This document shows, piece by piece, positions 14,801-28,000 of a stretch of 64,000 nt of DNA (within the stretch, counting starts at the first letter, position 1; every line of letters begins with the position of its first letter). The notes below the pieces were generated by a model that was given only the letters and a program-made list of their open reading frames with translations, was not told the origin of the DNA and ran no database searches. Origin of the DNA: Raillietiella orientalis. Taxonomy: Eukaryota. The stretch covers positions 868,001 to 932,000 of the forward strand of contig JAYWIR010000013.1 of assembly GCA_036172245.1 (NCBI GenBank). Reading direction: 5' to 3'. The position numbers were made by a program, and so were the translations under genes.

Positions 14801-17800
14801 AATGACGTCGTACGTGTTTCCCAAGCGTCGGTGAAAATGCATCTGATCCCTGGAGTGCACCGGACGAAGTGCTCGCGTCCGTCCTTTCCCACAAAACACG
14901 GTCGGGTCGATGAGGTAGGAGGCAGAGCTGCTCCCAAAAGAGGGTGTGAAAGGATCTTGTGCCCAGAAAATCTCACCCCGATACCCGACTTGCATCCCGA
15001 TCCGCGAGGATCTGCCGGAACCACGTTCTTGTCACCCACGTCTTTCATGACGTCGCTGGTGAAACGGCCAGCGCGCGCGAAGGAGAGGGTAAGCCGAGTG
15101 CACCCACGTTTCGAAGCTCCAGTTTTCGTGTGACCCACCCTCCATGGAGATCCGTTAGGAATTGTGACGCCTGGGAGTCAAAGTGGAAAACGGAAGAAAA
15201 AAAAAAACACCAGGCTTAGCAGGCAAAGAAGAGGCCCTTGCGATCGGGGAGTTTCCATTGGAGACTTGACGAAGGCAGTAAGCACTCGCTGACGAAACTC
15301 TTCGGCGATGACTGGGCACGGATCCCGAACAGGCGCGCCACATTTCTAGATCCACCGAAGGCAGCTCACCCTCGAAGGAATGACCAGCTGTGGGAGTGGA
15401 CGATGCAGGAATCGCGTTCCGGAGCTCCACCTTCGTGGATTTCGCGTGGAATTTCCAACGCGGAAGTTCATGGAACGGTGCTGAAGGGTCACGACGATCG
15501 CTCTGTCCCGGCGCACACGAACGTGTTTTGTTATCAGCCAACGAAGAGGTTGGAGAGGACCCGGCTACGGTCTCCGAGCGTTGTGCCAGGCGTTGCGGGT
15601 TCGAATCCCACCCGGGGAAGGATCGACGCCGAGAAATATGGGGTGCGGCGTTAGTCTTTCGAGTTCCTCCCTGGAAGCCGGAAACCGGACGCCCTCCATT
15701 AACTGGCCGGGATCGGAAGTCCCGGGGATGACCTTCCGGGTCCTTCCAGGAATCAAGGAGCCTCGGTGTCCCTTCCGGTTCCAAAGATGGAGCCGTACCT
15801 CCCCCCTCTCCCTTGTGGGTGGGACCCTTATCCTGCACTAAGGAACGGGTGGGTCGGTACCTCTCCAGAAGTGCGCTGCTCTCTCTTCGGGAGCGACCCT
15901 TCACAGAAAATACGGAAGCGTCCCTTCGGGCTTCTCTTCAGAGGAAGCGGATCCTTTCCGGGTTTCCTTCGGAGAGGAAATATAATGGACCCCTCCGGGG
16001 GGGAGTCCTTCCGGTGAGAGGTTCCCTTCAGGATTGGTTGAGTACTTAGCGAACAAAAAAAAGTAGAACCCGAAGGCTGGAAGGAAAAAAAAACAATGAA
16101 ACAGAAAAGGATTTTTCCACAGCCGCCTGAGGGAGTAAAGCGCTCAAGCCAGCGCAGATTCTCTCTTTCGTTGTTGCTGCCACGTGCAGCATCCCAAAAT
16201 TTCAGCCTGCTTAATTTATGTATTTATTTTTGCTGCCGTTTACCGTTTTCACGTGTCCACCTGATACTGAGAGAGTCTTCTCGTTTTCCCTTAGAGCGCA
16301 AAGAATCCGATCTGGACCAAGGACGCAGAGGATATCAGTTCTTGAATGACAGCATACTTCTAGCTGCGCATCTCCTCGAGAGGATACATTTCTGTCACAG
16401 GTGCCTCGCTGTTCCCCCTTGTCGACGAATGCTCATCGCGACCTCAGCAACCTCAGCAGCGCAGGGCTAGATTTCTATCTCTCCGCTCTGTCGACGCTGT
16501 TCGCCTGTCTGCCTCCGAGCCTCTCACACTGGGAAGAGTTCGTCGAGTTTTCCTGCGAAGAAGTGCTGTCCAGGCTCCATCCGTTGCTGGAGGCGCCCCA
16601 GGGGCTCGTGAACACCCACCCCTCTTGCTCCGGTGGCTGCCAACTCCTGGGACACGGCTGCTACCCTTCCAGGCTGCGATTCGTGGAGAAGTGAGCGCCT
16701 TCGGAGACCTTTCCCGTTCGGAGAGTGAGCGAGGCGCTGCGTCCAGGGTGCTGACGGAGGTGTTGGTGCGGCTCGGCACGGTGGGAAGGTTCCGCGAATC
16801 CCTTGCCCTCATCTTCCGGCAAATCTTCGTCAGTTCGTCCGCCGCGCAACCGTCGGAAACGAGCAGGATCCTGCACGAGGTGAGGCGTTCCGTTGCTGGG
16901 AGGCGTCCTTGCCCCCTTTTTTTCCTACCATCCTGAACAGATACTCGGAAACCCGACGAAACTGCTGGCTCTCGCCGGACCCTTGCTGATCAAGGAACCC
17001 GAAAAGGAGTACGACGAGCTGTGCATCCTTCGACTGTAAATGCAAACGAGGAATTGTCGCGCACTAACCGTTACGAACGCAGAAGCATGCAGAGCCTGGA
17101 AGACATTTACGTGAGGGCTTCCGAGGACAGGATCTCCCGGGATCTGTGCAGAGGACCGATAAGTTGCGTCGTGTCCTTTCTCGCAACATTGCGAGAGATA
17201 TACGACGGGAAGCACATGGATGACGACGTCGTCGATTGGATACTGGACCACTACCCCGGTTCCCAGGCACCAGGTTCGTCCGCCAAAACTCTCGCTTCGG
17301 GGGTGGAAAAAAGGGGGTGGGGTCTGGGGGAAACAGAATGCACCCAAGGATGCGAAAGCAACGGACTTCCCCCTTTGAAAGTGGAGGGTGGCTGCAGGGT
17401 GCCGAAGCAGTCCAGGCTCGAGGAAGACTCAAAAGGTAAGGGGAGCCGTTTGGCTTCCGTGACTAAAGCGGATCCCGTGGAACACAAACTAAACTTTCCA
17501 ATCAACCAGATGGAACGGAAGCGGGAACGCCCTCTCCGAAGGAAGGAACAGTCGAGGAAGAAAACCGAAACTTCATACAGCTGCTTGTGGTAAGGGCAAA
17601 ATGAAATGCGTTTTGGGGGGTCATTATAGCGTAGAAGTTGTCTGATGCAGAAGCAGCACCAGATCCCGAACGGAGAACGCACGAGCGCTCACTGCCTCTT
17701 CCAAATCCTCCGCCATTACGTTACCGACCTGTCCCGCTTGGTCAGCACCGTCGACGTGGACGAATCTCTGCAGGATTTCGCCTCCAAATATTGCGAAAAC

Positions 17801-20800
17801 TTCTACGAAGAGACGCAGGCTTCCATCCCCAACAGCTCCAGCGTATCTGTCATCAACGCGGATGGCATTTATCTGGCCGTGCTCAGTATGTTGCAACTCA
17901 ACCTTCGCCTGCATCAGGCTGGTCATTACCAAAATTCCTCCGTGGACATTCCACTCACAAAGGTGTGTTGTTGGGAGGCTTCCAGGGAGGTGTGTATGTG
18001 TGTGTGTGTGTTTATGAATCAGGAGGAAAGTGTCATCCTGGTGTTTCTAGGAACAGTTTGTGGAGGAGATACTCGGTAGCAGTGTCGTGGCATACCTGTC
18101 TCCCACGTGGCTGGCAGAGTTGTACGAGCAAGTGCTGAAAGAAGATTTGTTGCAGGCCGGGAACAATCCCAACTTCCTACACGAATCCAGCGCCCTCGTA
18201 AAGTTCCTCTCAGGTGAAGTACCTCGTTCGAGATAGAGTCAGATCGCAGTTTCCCCCGCGTGCATCCGTCTGAGCGCAGCTCTCCCTTTCCTTTCTCCCG
18301 TCCAGACCTCGGCCAACCCAGCAAGCGGGTTTCATCCAGCTACCTGATGTCTTCGTGCTGTTGTCTGGACAAGACCACGCCGAAGCAAAACCACGACCGC
18401 TGCTCGGACGCAGGTGAGGCCAAAAGAGTTTAGGACTGTCAGCTCCAGACTTCTGACAGGGATGAGGCTTTCACGCATACTTTTGAAACATAGTTGGGAC
18501 TCGATCTTAAAAGTCTTATCCAGCGTGTTACTTGGGAACAGGCTCTTGCCCTTTGCGTCTGATCTGAGGTTTTTCTGGTACTCTAAAGCAGATAGGATCC
18601 ATCAAGAGTCTATGCAGAAGATCGTAACGCTGTCCTTAGAAGGCTTGCAGAGGGCGGCCCACTTATGCAGTTTGCTTAGTAAGTCTCTTAGGTGTCGGTT
18701 CTGGAAAGCTGACTTGGTGTTCTTCAGATCTTCAGTCACTGTGCGGGAACGTCTTTTCGCTTTTGTCGGACGCCTGCTGCTTTGCTTTCCCTTCTGCTGC
18801 CTGGCTTCACCGACCGCGAATTTCCCCTCATTCCTTCCGAATGTATCTGCACATTTCCCACGCTCTGAGCATGGAAGTCATGCTGAGCCAAGGACTGGAA
18901 CTGGGCAGTTACAGTCCTGAATGTTTTGACCACATCTTCCGGTAATGGCACCATGGATCGTTCGATCCCGGCTCATGCTTATTCTTTTTTTTTTTCCCCG
19001 ACCGTAGTGTGTGCATCCACATCACGCGGCTGGAGCATCACTTCTTTACCAGGAGGAGGAGGCACTCGGTTGAATTACCGTGGCAGCCTGCTAGGCTGAA
19101 GGCCGACTTGCGAGGGGCGGAGCAGAGTCTGGACGAAGAGTACGTTAGCTGCATTTTGATATTGACTTGGTCTTCAGAATGGGAAACCAGGTGTCCCTGG
19201 TTCTGCCGCTCCGACAGTCTCCGATTCTGAAAACCCATATTCAAGAGCTTTTATCGGACGCACCCCTTGGCATAGGGAAAAACGGCTTTCTGCATTCCGA
19301 GCTTTTGGAAGCTGTCCTGTGCGGCCTCTCCTACCAGATGGACCAGTTTTTCGATCAGTCTGCCACGAGCCTCAGACTCGGAACGTTAATGATGTTCTTG
19401 CAATCTCTGGTGAAAGCGAGCCAAGCCCAGCTATTTTCCTCCAGTTCGGAACTGTTGCTGGATCAGCAAAGTGGTCTTCTCCTCCAGAGGTTGGGCGGAT
19501 TCTTGCTGAAATGCAGCTCCAGCATCAGACCGCTCGCCCACGTTATGAAAATCTGGAACGTCGCGGCTCTCCACCTGACCGAGGTAAGCGAGGCAGGGAG
19601 ATGTGACCGCGCTGCAAGAAGAATTGCACAGACCGCCTGCCACGGAGATTATCGTATAGCTAAGCGAGCGGTCACGGTCATGGCAGATTCTATAGGGGCG
19701 TTCCTGTCCAGCTATCCCGAGCTGCCCTATTTTCACTTCTGCGAGTCGCTTTTCAAACCGATCGAAAACATGCTTTGCCTGGAGCTGTGTGACATGGACA
19801 TCCAAGACCAGATTGTCAGCTGCTTGTGCCAGTTCGTTGAAGGATGCACAGGTGACATTCGCTCCGGATGGCGCCCTCTGTTCGGCGCTCTCCGTTGCAT
19901 CGATTTCTCCCTGGCATCACCGTTACCCCAGAAAAGAGATACCCAAAACATTGTGTGCTACTTATTCGAAGCGTTTCTGAATGCAGACGACGTTCTGGTT
20001 TTCTCTAATGCGGCAGTGGACTGCATCCTTTGCCTCATTCGCCACCTGCAGGTTCCTCCGGAATGCCTCGACTCTGCCTCCAGCTTTTGCTACCCGTCTT
20101 TGCAATATTTAGGCAGATGTAGCCAGATTCTCGGTGACATTTACCAAATGTCTTCACCTCCTCACTTTCGATTCGCTAGTCGTATTTACCGCGAAAAGAA
20201 GCCAGCAATAGTGGATGCGTGTTTTCCAGCATTAAAGCTAGAGGGCATTACGAAGGACATTTTGAGTGCAGATGAGAGATTTGAGAACTCTACTTTAGAT
20301 TTAGCCATTGATGAGCCCACGTACAGCCTTCCGGACCTGGATCTTTCCTGTGGCCTGCTCCGTGTTTGGTGAGAACGTTCAGCATTGATGACTGTTGCAG
20401 TAATTCGCAGAGCACAGGTTTCTGTTGATGGAAGGGCTGAGTGACGGTGTGCTGACCTGCCACAGTGCATATCAAGGTCAAATCGTTGAGGCGCTTACGA
20501 AAATCCTCTGTGGACTTCAAGATGTGCCGGGACTGATGTTCCAAGGTTACTGCATAAATCATTTGTTGCTTCCAGTTCTGCAGAGATGGCTGAGGAAGGC
20601 ATCTCAAAACAGCCGAGGTTGGGAAAAGGTGTTTGCGACTTTCAAGCAATGCTGCGGCATTGGGTGTGAATTAATTGGCAATTTCATCAGAAACGTCGCT
20701 GAAAAAGGTAATGCACTAATCGAAGGGTCCCAGATGAACCAATGCTTACCTATAGAAGAAGACCTACGAAAGCAAAGCATCCTGATGTTAAAACAGTTGT

Positions 20801-23201
20801 CTTACGTGCTCGGGGAATGCGTTTACGAAGAGTTTGAAGGTGTTTCCAGACTGGGATGTTCGTGTATCAGGTGAAACCTGGACGAAAGTTTGCGTGCACG
20901 GATCGCTTAAATCGAGCGGAGGCTTTGATTTTTCATTCGGTCAAACTCGAGTTTTCAGTACTTCGTGTCGAATGCTCGGCAAAGCACCGCGGCAGCTGCC
21001 CCTTTCAAAGTTTTTCAAGGAACGTACTGCTTTTCGTACAACTTGTCTTGTTATGTGAGGATTACATTCCAATTTTGCTAGATATTAATGAAATGCAAAA
21101 GACGGCTGAATGTCGTTGCGTTCTTGGCTCAGGGTGGTCCATACCAGTCGCTATCCAGAGAATCCGACGGGTAAACATCTGAGTGGCCGGTTGGCAAAGC
21201 GGCAAGAGGAATTTGGCTTTTGGCCGGGGGAAGCAGTTGCTTTGGGATTGTCAGCGTCATTTCTTCTTTCTATCATCCGCATTATTATTCCATCATGACC
21301 CCCCTATATAAGGAGAATACCTCCTCGATAGCAAGAAAACCGGGGGGGGAGGGGGGAGAGAAAGAAGACTACCCGCCTGCGGGCGCAGCAAAAGGTTCGT
21401 TTTATGCACTCCATTTGGTGCAACGAGTCCGATCTCTTTCCGATGAGAGAGAAAGCTTGAATGAAAACGGAATTGTGAACTCGGGAAAAAAAAAAAAAAG
21501 TGCACTGATATTTCGTGTTTGCTGCGTTTCTTTCTTCGCCAAGTGCTTTCCTTGAGAAACACACCTGAGGATCGCAAATGTTTCCCTTCATGGGAAATAT
21601 CTGCGTTTTCATTCCTTTCCCGTGTTCCAGCGAAAGAAAGCAAAAGTTGCTTCTCGAAAGGGAAAATCGCTGGTGACTCTTCGTGCAAGAACTGGGTTTT
21701 GGAACAGGAACGTGTACTTCTGCCCGAAGTTGACCCAAGTTTCTAGACCACGAGTCCTGACTTGTTTATCGATGAACAAGGGCACGAAAACGCGAGAGTA
21801 GCTAATGTAATCAATGATGATTAGTTTAGTAGGAGAATAAATAAACAACAAAGATGAAAACAAACGATGAATGTGTAGGATACCGGCTTGTTTAATGAGA
21901 TTTTTGTTGCTTTTGTCTACCGAATGAAGATCGCATTCTTACATCCCCAGGCACTTGTTGTTGACGTGTGCTTCTCATTTCACCGAAGAGATGTGGACCA
22001 TCATCTGCTCATGTATCGAAAGATGTTGCATACTGAGTTTAATCCGAATCAGCGTGCTAATCAAGACCCGCAGCCTCAGTGGGAAATGGAAGTACTTTTC
22101 TCTCCTTGACCATCGCCGTATTTTGGATCTTTGCGAGCAGGTTGGCGCCTCCTCTTTTCTTTTTTTTTTTCTTGGCAATCCAAAGATTGTTCTACATTTT
22201 AGATGTTCTTTTGGGAGCAGCAGAAAATGCTCAGAACTTGCGATGACAAACTGTTACACGTAGAGGATGACGCAAGTTTTCCGTTGCAAGAGGAAAGCAC
22301 AGAGGAAAACGAGTACCCATCATTCCATGCTGTAATAGTGGGATTGCTATCCTACCAACTGTTTTTACAGCTGATTGGGATTCTGCTTCTTGAAGGCAGT
22401 GCTTACATTCTCCCAGAAATATCTGTGTTGTTAAAATCCGTTCAGCTCTGTAACCGGCGTGAAGATTCCATGCCCCGTCGTCCCGGTTACACGGGTGTCC
22501 TCATGACAACACACATGAACCGTCTCTTAGAGTGCTTGCAAGCATCGTGCGACGTGGCAGTAGAATTCGATTCGCTTTCTGACGTTAGGCATCTTGTGCA
22601 GAAATTGGCAGGCCTGCATTTCCCTACAAGTCTCCACAAAATGGGATGCACGAGCTGGATGATAGGCTTTTTGGCGTTATTGAATGTGTCCCTTTCCCAC
22701 CTACGGGAAGAAGCAACTTTGCTCAAGAATCTGAGCAATTTGCAGCGCTGGTTGAATGACCTCCAGAGGCGATATTTCAGATACTTCCCAAACGTGAAAC
22801 CGGAAATAGATAGTCTTGCGAATAAGAGCATTCTCGTTCTTGCTTCCATCAAGTACAGAGTTTTATCTTGCGCTCCAATTTTTCAAGACTCTGCTGATGT
22901 GGAGAATGCAGAAGCCTCCGAAGTAGCACTTCTTGACGGTGACTTTACTGGATGTTCATGTTGGTGGGACATGCCATCCCGTAAAGACATGGAAGAAAAT
23001 TTGCAAGCTTGGTCGAATGTCTCTGCTTCCTGCTTCAATCTTCTGGCCAGGTTACCAGAACATGACTTTTGTATAGTTCTGCCAACTTTGTTCCCCATCA
23101 TCTGTAAAATTACATATCAGTTTAACTGCCGAGAACTTAGGCAAATTCTAGTCATCATTCTTCAAAGAATCACTGCAACTACTCTGTTTTATGGACCCTG
23201 A
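8863..23201 (+). CDS. ARFGEF3: Brefeldin A-inhibited GEF 3 (BIG3)-like protein, multi-exon
   Basis: GT-AG exons rebuilt with consistent phases from 11421 on: 11421-11583, 16295-16400, ~16448-16607, ~16673-16879, 16941-17035, 17083-17435, 17510-17589, 17630-17962, 18051-18213, 18306-18413, 18460-18678, 18728-18941, 19008-19139, 19178-19583, 19632-20368, 20418-20707, 20756-20870, 21951-22140, 22203-23201. Peptides VDESLQDFASKYC, NADGIYLA, HALSMEVMLSQGLELGSYSPEC, LELCDMDIQDQIV, IRSGWRPLFGAL, FEAFLNADD, SRLGCSCIR and FTEEMW match recalled BIG3 sequence. Exons before 11421 (gccATGG MEEAF at 8863; KEVTTGK..VC at ~9132-9217) are tentative. Confidence 0.9.
9457..9496. repeat. Perfect palindrome, 19-bp arms, 2-nt spacer
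   Basis: attaaaaagtgcatttaaa-gg-tttaaatgcactttttaat. Confidence 0.95.
10280..11350 (-). mobile_element. L1/Tx1-like LINE 3' ORF relic (zf-RVT region), copy A
   Basis: Zinc-finger motif CKRCGEVETLPHLLLDC..LW. The upstream 280-aa frame aligns by eye with the 62.8-64.0 kb frame (NFDAWRQESLHAW vs NWTAWLQASVSAW; KGLLRWSEHLSVPP vs KGLPRWGEPLGVPP). Confidence 0.7.
12300..12850 (-). mobile_element. Degenerate fragment related to the relic family (region after the zinc finger), copy D
   Basis: HRILETNSIR resembles HRELEKLAIR (copy A) and QSNSIR (copy C). The DNA ccaactcgattcgc resembles ccaactccattcgc in copy C. Similarity is weak. Confidence 0.4.
12900..13600. repeat. Very AT-rich low-complexity tract inside an ARFGEF3 intron
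   Basis: Dense tata/atat runs with very few G or C. Confidence 0.7.
15548..16048 (+). repeat. Dispersed repeat with tRNA-like head (SINE-like), copy 1
   Basis: B-box ggttcgaatccc at 15598-15609. Collinear blocks are shared with the reverse complement of 57762-58531, including ggaagcgtcccttcggg (17/17) and terminal ttgagtactta. Confidence 0.65.
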
Positions 23202-23299
23202 TTCTTGTCAAAGGATTTCATAGTCAATGTGAATTATTGTATGACGTAATGTTTAATTTAAAAAATTTTGATCGTTCTTCGAAGTTTTTCTTTTTAAAG

Positions 23300-24130
23300 A
23301 AAAAAAAAAGGATGTTTTACATCTTTACTTTTGAGGGAGCGGGGAGAAATTCCTGGCTGCAGCGTGCTGCAAAAACGAGCACTCACACAGTGTTTTGTTT
23401 CTCGTTCAACCCTTCCGTGCTTTTGCTGCATCGTCATTCGCACAACTCTCCTCCAGAAAGCTTGCATCTGCTCGTTTCCTGTGTTCCGATAGGTGGTCCA
23501 GTACTTCAAGTCACGAGTATGCGATCGAATAATCAACGAATCACATCCCCTATAATTATTGACTTGAATGACTAGGTGGATTGAAAGCAGTGTCGATCCC
23601 GTTCTGTGCTGTCATTCCCTTGCAAATATTTCCCTTGCAAACATTATTCTTCGAAATCTTCAAGTAAGCCGCCGTGGATGACTCAGCCCATTTTGTCTCT
23701 TACAAAACAAAAAGTGTGATTTAATGATGGTCTCCATTTGCTATTTTGGATAATGGTTCAGAGCCTGCATTATCCATCGAGTTTTCCTCGGGCCGATAAC
23801 GGATGGAATGGCTTCACGGTTCTTCATGAGTTCTTCGAGACAAATCTTGGTTCTGATAGATGGCGCATCCATGGTTTCGGATTTCTCCGTGAACTCCTGC
23901 ATCCAAGGCTTCACTCCACTCTCCAGGAACAATATCTGTAGCATCATGCGCCTTGCATCAGTTGGAATTCTTGTAATCCTAACGAGAGAAGACTTCCAGA
24001 GTCTTTCAGATTGTTTCAGAACAAACCCGATATACATGTATAGAAAACTGATTCAATACACAACGACAGCAATCCTTCATCATTAGGGTCTTACATATTA
24101 CTCTTCAATGATCACATAAAGACTGGCTAA
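23300..24130 (-). mobile_element. Probable degenerate LINE post-RT fragment
   Basis: LVRITRIPTDARRMMLQILFLESGVKPW resembles the post-RT R.I...P.....L..E.G..P block. The frame is interrupted by stops. Confidence 0.35.
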
Positions 24131-24914
24131 TCTTTGTCTCTTGGGCATTGAGAAACCGTTTTTTTTTTGTTTTTGTTTTTGTTTTTTGTTTTTTTTTTTT
24201 TTTAAGAAAAAGAAAAGAAAGGAAAGAAAGAAAGAAAGCCGGAAGTTACTGTTGAGATTTCAAGAGGCAATCAAATTTCAAGAAATGAACGAGTGACTGC
24301 TCCTCGATGTGACGCAATATCAAAAACAGGCATACAAAAATCCTTTTATACCTTTTAAAAGCTAAATTAAAAAAAAAAAAATCAAAGTGGATATTGAATA
24401 ATTCTTGAATTTCTCATTTCTTCCAATGAACATTTTTTCAAAGCCTTCATAATTTACAAATTACAGCTTTGTTCCTTTTCGATTGCACTAAAATCACTCG
24501 TGAAGTCCTCAATCTTTAGAGGCCAAAAATGAAGTTGGCCTGTCCAATTCCAACACAGTGACTTGACGAACGTAGCGACTAAGAAAGAGAGAGAGAAAAA
24601 GTACTGAGGAGGGGAACTGTACAATCCTTCGTTCATGAGTACAACATAAGGACATAAACATCGTTGAGAAGACTCCCATCTGCAACCGCAACCACTCGCA
24701 GCCTTGGAGCGACACTGTCAAAATGAGTCACAAAATGGGATCTTTGACCGATTTTGTGTGCTGTGATCTTATAAGGAACATGTCTGGTAATGGTTAGATA
24801 CAAATTCCAAGACCGACGTGATTCATGGTGCGCACTTTCCATGAGTGCTTGTATTGGTATGTGCTGGTATCAGCTTGTCAAAAATGATTCTTTAGGTGGG
24901 CGACCGAGCCATCC

Positions 24915-25000
24915 TACCGAACAGGGGGATTCTTTGTAGACGGTAATAAAAGCCTTCAAAGGCACGTAAGGATGTCAAATCCGCCACGACAGATAGTTCT
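24915..25000. repeat. Direct repeat copy 1 flanking the RLE element
   Basis: 24942-25000 matches 28886-28944 at 58/59 nt. gggattctttgtaga (24926-24940 / 28853-28867) and taccgaa (24915 / 28844) also match. Confidence 0.95.
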
Positions 25001-28000
25001 TTTATGAAGCGTTTGGGTTATTACAATCACCATTGCTGGAGTGGCTCTGGAGAATCTTTAACGAATGATGTTTCCTCCGTGTTCTTCACGGTTCCTCGGT
25101 GCTCTCTTCTGGAGTGAGAGCATTGTCCAGATCATCTGGTTGGGCTGCATTTTTTCTTCTTACGTGTGTTGCATAGATGCTACTTGAGAAGCGGATGCAG
25201 ATGGCTACCATCCGCTGTCGTAGCCTTATCAGCTTCTTCTTCGGAATTCCTAGGTATTCTAGAACGTTGTCGTTTTCAGGATCCCATGCTCCAAGTGGGC
25301 CGACGATATCGCCTGCACTTTGGTTATTTTCCCAGTGTTTCCGAGCTGCATGGCGACATCATGGTATCTGGTTTACTTCATTTTCCTCTATGTGATGAAC
25401 GCCTCCTTTCCGTTTTCAAATGGGCAGGAGATGTCCAGCACACCTACTCGGTCGCTTTTCTATAAAACTAGGTTCGGTCTTAGAGTGGAGGTGGTTCCTG
25501 GCACTCTGCAATTGCTTGATACCAGCGTCCACTTGGCTTCCTCTATTGCGGCTTTCTTGATGATTTCCAGGACAGCATCATGGCGCTGCGTCGTCAAAGG
25601 CGAGTGCTTTTTGCATCTATTGAGCACATGCGATAATGTTTCGTCCCCGGTTCCGCAACGCTGACAAATCCTTTCATGAACCTTCTTTGTTGGTCCAGCG
25701 TTTAGTGGCAGAAGGTTCAGTCTTGCCGCATGGATGAACCTGTAGTCTTGGTATCTTAGGTGGATTCCGTTTGTATGGAAGAAGCTTGAAGACTGATGCA
25801 TGTGCCCACACATTGGATGACCTTCCCTTGACTAATGTGATTTTCAATAAGGGGTTGCCATGCATGCTCTGCAATGCTCTTACGCCGAAGGCGAGCCGTC
25901 TTCTTGCGCTGCTGGTGAAGAGTATTCTTTCCACCGTAATACTGCGTTCTTGTTGCCGAAACTCTTAGCATGCCTTTATTCGTCTAGAGGCCTTCCTTCC
26001 TTTCGACCAGAGGCTCTCAACATCCCTACCGGGTCTTGCGATCTTCTTGCCCATCATGAATTCCCCAAGATTTTCATCTGTCGGGACTTCTTGCATCCGT
26101 GTTTGCACGATTTTATCCAGCGTTGTTCTTGCAAATTTGCTTACTGCTTTGTCTGCCGACGTTAGCAGTTTGAAGTAGCTGTCTACGATGAAGGTATGAA
26201 GGTAAGCTAACTTCATTAGTCCTAGGCAGCCTTTCGTTCTTCTCCGTACAGATACTCGTTAGCTGCCCAGGGTGGCAAGTGAAGGGCCTTCTTAATCTTC
26301 TTTCTTATCTGTTCGTCGACATACTGCCATTCTTCCTTGCGGTAAGTTTCCAGCCTCTCATAGTGAACTAGGCTGGGATAGAAGGTTTTCATGGCGTCTA
26401 ATTTTTGCCATCCTGAGAGTTGACTCTCAAGTATGGTACTCGTCTTCTGGCAGATGTTCTCCTTAGACGGTTGTCTGTCTTCATACCAAAGGGTTTTCCC
26501 AAGTATTTGTATGCCTATGATAAGGCAATACAAGTAATTTTCCCTTCCTTAACCTGAATGTCCACATCCCTTATGCCTTTGGGGGTTCGGACGCTGTAGT
26601 ATATCGATGCGCATTTTCCCGGGTTGATGGATAGGCCGGCCTGGTCGACTAACCTCTGGAAATGTGCCATCATTTCCTGGACTTTCTTTTCGTCCTTCTC
26701 CAGTATGATGATGTCGTCGGCATAGGCAACATTAGTTGCCTCGTCCCCGTAGATATGCCTCATCGAGCGTAGAATCGGTTCGATCGATATGATGAAAAGG
26801 AGTGAGCTCAAGGGACATCTCTGCTTCACTCCGCGCTGCACTGAGGTCCTGGTTTCTGTGTTTCCTAGTTGAACGAAGGTGGAATTTCCTGTATATATGT
26901 CGGTGATAATATTTATGTCGTCTCCTGCCCCTGCTTCCTTCAGTGTTCCCATGATAGTGTCGTGGGAAACTGTGCCGAAGGTGTTCGCGAAGTCGATGAA
27001 GACCGCGCAGAAGTCCTTCGACAAACGACGTGCAGCATCTAACCTTGCTTGCAGGATGAAGTTTTTTGCTCCAGCACTCCAGCAAAGGGCTGAGTACTGA
27101 TTATTTCATTCTTCAGAATCCATCTTCTGAGTCAGGAGGCCAAACATTTGGCATAGAGCCTGTAGGCACTATTGCCAATGGATTTTGGCCTACAGCTGGA
27201 TATGTCCTCTGCTGCTTCGGGGTTTTTAGCTATAAGTACCGTTCTGGTACATTTCCCCTCTTCCGAAATCCGCCGAAACTTTCTTAGTAGATTAAAAATT
27301 GCTGTGAGCATTTCAGCTTCTGGATCGATGTTCTTCCACCCTGCGTACTTAATTCCATCGTCTCCGGGGGATGAATTCTCTGCAGTGCGCAAAATTGCTG
27401 CTACCTCCTCTTGGTCGAATGGAAATAGATCCACGGGGAATGCTGCTTGCGTTCATCCAAGCAGTATCTTCTTGGGAAGCTCCTTATCTGCTTCTTGCTT
27501 CATTTCAAGTTCCTTTGCAAAATGCCTTTCAACTTTCTCGGTCTCTAGCTTACAGGTCGCGTCCTGCTGGCCCAGAATCGCTCTAATTGCTCTTCTTCTA
27601 TTGACGTTATAAAGCTTTTGGATTGACGATCTGTTGTTCAAGTCAATCCTTAGTTTCTTCTCGCCTTTCCTTTCTGTTTTTATGTTAACTGTCTCCTGGA
27701 TTTTGAGTTTCAGCTTTTGATATATCTCGAGGAAGTCCTCCCAGCGAGGACTCTCTTCCTGCAGGATCCTCTGAAGATAGCTTCGCTCCTCTATGAACTT
27801 GGTGGCACAGTTCGTCCTCCATATCCACTTTCCCTTTCTTTCTTTTGGTTTCCATATCTTCTGTATAGCTTTCGTCTCACTCGTTCCTTTTGTAGTTTCT
27901 TAATGAGCAACTGTGGCTAAAGGAGGATGACCTAGGAGGAGGGATCTAGGAGGAGAATCACATCATACTTTGTAATCAATGGGAGCGGGCCGCAATTGCT

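Noticed and set aside
21050..21300. RT relic in an ARFGEF3 intron (DYIPILL, EFGFWPG)
   Set aside because: Only two degenerate motif resemblances in different frames; too weak to call.
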